Part shown: positions 57,846 through 64,000 of the stretch, one piece after another
How the letters are laid out: each line of letters starts with the position of its first letter
How positions within the stretch are numbered: position 1 is the first letter of the stretch
Source of the DNA: Podarcis muralis
Taxonomy: Eukaryota
NCBI RefSeq assembly: GCF_964188315.1
Contig: NC_135667.1
Span: 26,598,001 to 26,662,000, forward strand
Direction: 5' to 3'
Length of the DNA: 64,000 bases
Position numbers and translations under genes: made by a program
The notes under the pieces: model-generated
Databases searched by the model: none
The model's input: the letters and a program-made list of their open reading frames with translations, nothing else
What the model was told of the DNA's origin: nothing

Positions 57846-59666
57846 ATTGTTTTTGCCTGGTTCCTAAACATATGTTATGAAGGCGCCAGAGGAGCCTCCC
57901 TGGGGAGAGCATCCCGCAAGAGGGGATCCACTGCAGAAGAGGCACATTCTTGTGTTGCTGACCTCTCAAGGCACACGAAGAAGGAACTCAGGTGATGATT
58001 GCAGAGTCTGGGTTTTATACAAAATAGTCTTAAAGTGACTTAAGAAGACAAAATGCAAACAAGTAAAACCGTTAAAAAGCCATAAAATTAATGTACAATG
58101 CAAAATGTTCTAGATGGCCATCCAAGGATACAGCAAGGAGATATCCTATCCCACCAGATGAACACCACAGTAGAGGCTAGTTTCACTACCAAAGGCCTGG
58201 GTAAAAGTAAGTATCTTAGCCTGGCACCTAAAAAACACCAATGATGGAACCAGATGCACTTCCCTGGCCAGAATATTCCACAAATGGGGGTCCACTACTG
58301 AAAAGGCCTGTAATCACATGGCCAGCCACTGCATGAAATATACAACAAATGTGACAGAGTAATGTGATTCAGGACTGAGTGATGATAATATTTGTAGGGA
58401 TCAGATGGGATTACCATGAGGAATTATAAAATATACATCAAGCCATCGTGTCCACAATGAAAGCATTGTGTTGACTGGGTTCGATATATTGACGATAGTT
58501 TCTGATTAAATCCCATAAGATTCTACATTCATGCCCTTTCCATGCCCTTTTGCCTCTACTGTCCATCTCTCTTGCCTGAAAAGTCAGGTACACAGCCCAT
58601 TTGCTTCGCCAGGCAGGCATCCTTGGCCATAAAGATAGTGGGCAAGCTTCTTGGAAGTAGCTTTCTGATATGGTAATCTTAGGATGTTAATCTTAGGGCC
58701 AGGAAACAGATCTCACAGGAAGGTGATAATGATTGTTGTCCTCCTGGCCATCCTTCTTATCATATGTATTGCTTGTTTATCACCTCCGGGGTTGCCAAAT
58801 GCTCTTCTTTGTAGTTCTGTTCTTTGTTTACCCTGTGCTTAATTAGTTTTAGTAGTTCAACTTGTCCCCATGTGGGTTTGTGGAAATGCTCAGAAGAAAT
58901 CTGATTGTTTCTTCCGAACACTCTGTAAAAAGCTTTTTTGTGAATAAAACTACCTGGGCCAGGGGCTGCAGATGGACAAGCACAGAGAGACGATTATACG
59001 CACCTTTCCCAGAGTCTTGCTGGTTCAAGCCTCTGTGTGTATTCTTATTAATCAGAGTTCAATCCTTCCTTTACTTTACGAATGCAACAAATATTAAAAG
59101 AGGGATAGGTGGTAAGTGTGACTAAGTGTGAACATTAGGAGAAGGTATTGCAAAAAGAAAGTTGATTTGTTATATGTGATTCATGACATCCATCTCTGAT
59201 GTTCATTGGTCGAAATGTAGAGGGTACTGGAAGGAGTATCCCAGGTGTTCAATACAGCCAAAACAAAAGCAGAATCCTTTTAAATGTTTTGATTTCTTGA
59301 AGAAGAAGCCCTTTCATTCCTCATTACAATTCATCTTGAAACAAACACTGACATTCAAAATAATTGAACTGGAAACGACCAAGGAAAGTTAAGTACAGAA
59401 GTACCTGTACTTAGAACTTAGAACTTAGAAGTACCTGTAACTTAGAAGTTATGTATGTACAAGAAAAAATTCCAATTACCAATTTTCATCTATATTAATT
59501 TATATATTGTGGTTCCTCTGGAAAGCTCCAAATATGATATATGAGATTCACTATTAATCTCCAATCCAGATGGTACCCTGCTGTATCCCTCCTTAGCTAT
59601 ACAGGGAGAATATTCCAAGTGATATTAGAATTCAACATGATCAAGCCTCCTTGTTTAGAAACACCA

Positions 59667-60656
59667 TCATAAGAGCTGAAAACAAGACGTCAATGCACTC
59701 TTATGTGAATTACAAAATTGGCTACCTGACTTTCTCAGGGCTTCTTTCACTTCTTTGTTCCTCAGGCTGTATATGAGGGGATTGACCAAAGGTGTCAAGA
59801 TGGTGTAAAAAACAGAGAACACTTTGTTCAGTTCTTTCAGTTCATTGGTATCTGGCAAAACATACACAATGGTTAGGGTGCCATAGAAAATGGTCACCAC
59901 AATGAGGTGAGCAGAGCAGGTAGAGAAGGCCTTTTGCCTTCCTGTAGCGGAGGGGATTTGAAGAATGGCAGCAATGATATACACATATGATGTTACGGTC
60001 AGAATGAATGGTGGCAGGGTAGCAAAAGAAGCCAGAATGGCTGATACCAGTTTAACTTGTTGTGCGCCACTGCAGGCCAGATTAATCAATGGAGTGAGAT
60101 CACAAAAGAAATGCTCGATGATATTGTGGCCACAAAAGGATAACTGTGATATAAAGAGAAATGAGGCTGTGTTTATCACAAAGCTGCCAATCCAAGATCC
60201 AGCAACAAGCTGAAGGCAAATCTTGAGATTCATAAGTGTGGAGTAGTACAGGGGTCGGCAAATTGCCAAGTAGCGATCATAAGACATTGCTGCCAGGAGA
60301 TAGCATTCTACAGCCGCAAAAACCGCAAAAGCCCATAACTGAAGAAAACAGCTATAAATAGACACAGCTTGGTTCTGAGTTAAGAAACTGGCCAGCATTC
60401 TAGGGAGGATGGTTGAGCTGTAACAAATCTCCAAGCAAGACAAATTGCCCAAGAAGAAATACATGGGGGTATGGAGGTGCTGAACTCTCACAACTAGAAC
60501 AACAATGATCAGGTTCCCAACTATAGTCGTGATGTAAATAACTAGAAACACCACAAAGAGAGGAATTTGCAGATCACGTAGGTCTCCAAAGCCATGAAGG
60601 ATGAATTCTGTAATGATGGTTTCATTTCTCTCCTCTGGTTTCTGCATCCTTTCCAT
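59667..60656 (-). CDS. Olfactory receptor, family 11/6-like, gene H (329 aa)
   Basis: Intact OR motifs with a true ATG. Confidence 0.95.
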   Translation of the reverse strand: MERMQKPEERNETIITEFILHGFGDLRDLQIPLFVVFLVIYITTIVGNLIIVVLVVRVQHLHTPMYFFLGNLSCLEICYSSTILPRMLASFLTQNQAVSIYSCFLQLWAFAVFAAVECYLLAAMSYDRYLAICRPLYYSTLMNLKICLQLVAGSWIGSFVINTASFLFISQLSFCGHNIIEHFFCDLTPLINLACSGAQQVKLVSAILASFATLPPFILTVTSYVYIIAAILQIPSATGRQKAFSTCSAHLIVVTIFYGTLTIVYVLPDTNELKELNKVFSVFYTILTPLVNPLIYSLRNKEVKEALRKSGSQFCNSHKSALTSCFQLL

Positions 60657-61227
60657 CAGCTTAGCAGGAGAAATGCAATCTGTTTGATTAGCATTACATA
60701 AGAAGCATTACACGAGAAGCAGGCAAACAGGAAGGAGTGCACTCTGATTCGATAAAAGAATTGGGCAGCTTCTGGAGGAGTCAGGAGTTAATGTTCCATA
60801 AGGCAATACACAAACAGTTCATATCAACCCTGCAACAACAAACCCTGAAAATTTGCCACCTCTTTCAGAGTCTGAGCACAAGAGAAAGTATATTCCGTTT
60901 GTTAACTCACCTTCTGCAAATATCAGTAGACAAATAGTTTCCTATCCACTTAGGAGATGATAGGTTGAAGGTGATAAATGAAAACAGGTATCCAGGAAAA
61001 TATATCACAATATGCTTATATGGTAAGGTGTGTTCTGTGAGTAAAAACACAAAGCTGTATGTGGTCTGTTTTGATTTTTCAAAGTCTTATTCTTTAAGCA
61101 TAGATACGATGTTTCTTCATACATAGTCCTCTCAGGGATCAGTGCAGTGACAGTAAGTACATGACTCTCTCCTAACACCTTATATCGGGCATCAGAAGAA
61201 TGTGAGAAGCAGCAGGCATTCATGTCC

Positions 61228-61246
61228 TAATTAATGTCTTAGGAAA
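61228..61246. promoter_or_regulatory. Homeodomain plus degenerate O/E motif, putative OR H promoter
   Basis: ctaattaatgtcttagga, near the shared gatcagt..agtgaca block; donor-like aag|gtgagt at 60909-60910. Confidence 0.45.
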
Positions 61247-62426
61247 TGTTTGAGGGAATCTATGTTTCTGAGTAAGTAATAAAAAGTATTGCTTGTAAAT
61301 CTCTTTGGGGAATGTCTAAGTAGACAAAACAAAGGGTTTCAAGGGAAGACAAAAGTGTTTGACTACCAGAATTTCTCATGGGATTCCCACACCCTCCCTA
61401 GACTGCCACTGAATTTCAGCTGAAGTGAAATTCATGTGCGACCTCCTAAAAGCCGAAGTCAACAAGAGTAGGGTGTGTGGATGGGTATGCACATGTGCCT
61501 GCAATGTCCCCTGCATGCTGCACACCCAGTGTACCAACACAGAATGGGAATGTCTGCAGGCATTTTCTAAGTCCATTTTAGTGAATATGTTTAGACACCG
61601 CTGTGCAGTAAGGAAACATTCAAAGTAAGATGGTCAGTATGGAGCACAAAGGGAAGCCATGGTTACTATTCCCTATTCAGGCATAGCATCTGAACATGAT
61701 TAGTAAGTTGTATCAAACCCATTCACAATATTAATCATAATAAGAAGCACAAGAAAGCCAGAAAAACATGCAAATTACCGGGAGGGGGAGAGACTTCAAG
61801 AGAAACTGTGTGGATTTAAAAGTCAAAATAATAGGGCTGTGCACCTCCCCTCCACACCATCAACCCTCCCTGGGTCAACTTGGGGACCACCTGCTCCACC
61901 CTGAGTCCAGTCCCAAAGTAGTTTGGAGGGTGGTGTTTATGTTTAATGAATGCCTGATGCCTAATTAAACATACAGAAGAGAGGGGGAGGGAGAAGTAGA
62001 TGTTGCTCTCCACCCCACTCCCAACTGACAGCAGGGTGGCAAGCTCAATTTTGCAGGGGGCTCTTTGGAAATGGCTTCTTTGCAGAGGCAAGGAAAGAAG
62101 AGGGTGTGTGTACATTAAGCCTGCAACTTACGTGAGGGTTCAGTTCCCAGGAACAGCACACAGGCACAAAAACACATAAAACCAGGAAGGCTCAGATCAC
62201 CTCCTCTTCACTCAGATGACCTCTGCTTGTTCTCCATGCTCTTGCTAGGTCCTATCTTCCTCTCCAACTCTCTGACAATACCCGAATACTCTCCCAGGGT
62301 GAGTCCAATGGCTGATGGGATTACCAACGGTTGTTTCCCACTCCTCCACTTCCTTTTGGCATTTTTTCTACAACATGCTTTTATTTCCCCTGATTTTTCC
62401 AGTTTATCATTCTTATTCTTATTATT

Positions 62427-63109
62427 ACAGTGGTACCTTGGTTCCCAAAAGACTTGGTTCTCAAACGCTTTGGTTCTCAAACTCCAAAAACCCAGAAATA
62501 AATGTTCTGGTTTTCGAACAATTTTTGGAAGCCGAACGTCCGATGCAGTTGTCGGCTATTGTTTCTGGGATGCCTGCACCAATCAGAAGCTGTGCCTTGG
62601 TTTTTGAACATTTTGGAAGCCAAATGGACTTCCGGAATGGATTAAGTTTGGCGCTTTTGTCTTTGCTATTCATTTTGCATTTTTGTTTTTGAGGCTTTTT
62701 CAGTTCATTTGTTTTTGTGACTGTGTGGAACCCATTTCAGCTACTGATTGATTGATTGATTGATTGATTGTGTGACTGCGGAAATGGATAAAAGTCCTCC
62801 ATCCAAACTGACTATCATCAGTGCAGGGAAGAAAAAATAAATAAATTTTCATTTTTATCATCTACAATACTGTGTTATTTATTTTATAGTACAGTGCATT
62901 GATTATTGCTTTCATTTTATGGATCAATGGTGTTGTTAGATAGTAAAATTCATGTTAAATTGCTGTTTTAGGGGTTGTTTTTAAAAGTCTGGAACGGATT
63001 AATTTGTTTTGCATTACTTTCTATGGGAAAGCACGCCTTGGTTTTGGAACGCTTTGGTTTTGGAACGGACTTCCGGAAAAGATTACGTTTGAGAACCAAG
63101 GTACCACTG
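62427..63109. mobile_element. Tc1/mariner-type non-autonomous element with internal (GATT)n
   Basis: TIRs cagtggtaccttggttc / gaaccaaggtaccactg and TA TSD. Confidence 0.88.
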
Positions 63110-64000
63110 TATTTTATTGCTGATGTAAGGCAGGGTTGCCATACGTCCAAGAAATCCCAGACATGTCCTCTTTTGGGGGCGAACATGCCCATCCAGGAGG
63201 ATTTTTACCATTTTAAGGAAATGTCTGGGGTTTGGGGAGGGGTTAAATTTCTGTGTGTGGGTGTGCATGTGGGTGGGTGGTTCAGGTTCAGGTATGGGCT
63301 CTGGTGTGGGCAGCATGGGCTCAGCAGAAAAGCTCAGCATATTTTTTGCAATCGCGGGAATAAAAGCTCAACAACTTCTTTTGTCTGGATTTTTGCCTCT
63401 GGAAATAAACCCTAATGTAAGGTTGGGATCACATAAGAAATGTGAGCATAAGTTGAAAGCTTGGTGTACAAACCTCTGACTTCTGTGTGGCTGGAATGTA
63501 TTCTACCGAAAAAAATACATGAGCCACATCTATTGATCTGTCCACTTTTGTCTCTGTCTAGCTCTATCCACACATTCACACAGAGAGAGCTCCTAATACA
63601 AAAGTGAGGATGAGGTGCAGCTCTTAGCCCTTTGGCAGCGTGGCCATACTACCAGCACTTGCCTTTCAAAACCTGTACTTACCAATAAAATCTGACAACA
63701 TATGAAAGAACATTTAGGTGCTACCTTTATTAGATTCATTACATTCTACATATGACATTCATTACAGTGATCTTATTTTGTTTCTTCGTTTTATTCATAC
63801 TTTGACTGGATGTCTCATCTTTCAGAGAGGGCTTATTTTCTTGAGAAGCTGTGGATTCCAGTGAGATTGTTTTCCTTTGCAAAACTTTCCTTGTATATCA
63901 CATATTTATGATAGATTTAATTTGGGGTGGAAGAGCATGCATGTTGCAGGCAGGTTCAATCTCTGACAGTTCCAGGAAGGGCTGGGAGAGATCCTGGTCT

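Noticed and set aside
58478-58505. WVRYIDDSF, resembling a Penelope-type RT motif
   Set aside because: Followed at once by a stop, with no supporting flanking homology visible
1-64000. CRISPR arrays, rRNA or prokaryotic systems
   Set aside because: No repeat-spacer arrays or operons; the sequence is vertebrate in character

Overview
Vertebrate genomic DNA, most likely from a squamate and probably a lacertid-type lizard, judged from Sauria-type SINEs, BovB/RTE, L2 and CR1 fragments and TA-flanked MITEs. The window is an olfactory receptor (OR) cluster with 8 apparently intact ORs in two subfamilies: four OR14-like genes at 3.3-30.5 kb and four family 11/6-like genes at 43.7-60.7 kb, plus several OR remnants. 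The left half is a segmental duplication (1-10.4 kb vs 17.4-29.8 kb) with a sharp TM5 sequence swap between OR paralogues. Each OR subfamily has its own conserved homeodomain + O/E(EBF) promoter-like motif and a conserved upstream splice donor; in three OR14-like genes that upstream exon carries an in-frame ATG. The centre (33.6-42.6 kb) is a young Ty1/copia retrotransposon whose single 1320-aa ORF is broken only by a 3.8-kb, internally deleted betaretrovirus-like ERV with apparently identical LTRs, an elongator tRNA-Met PBS and a gamma-type env remnant. No CRISPR, rRNA or genuine tRNA genes were seen. All alignments and mismatch counts were made by eye.
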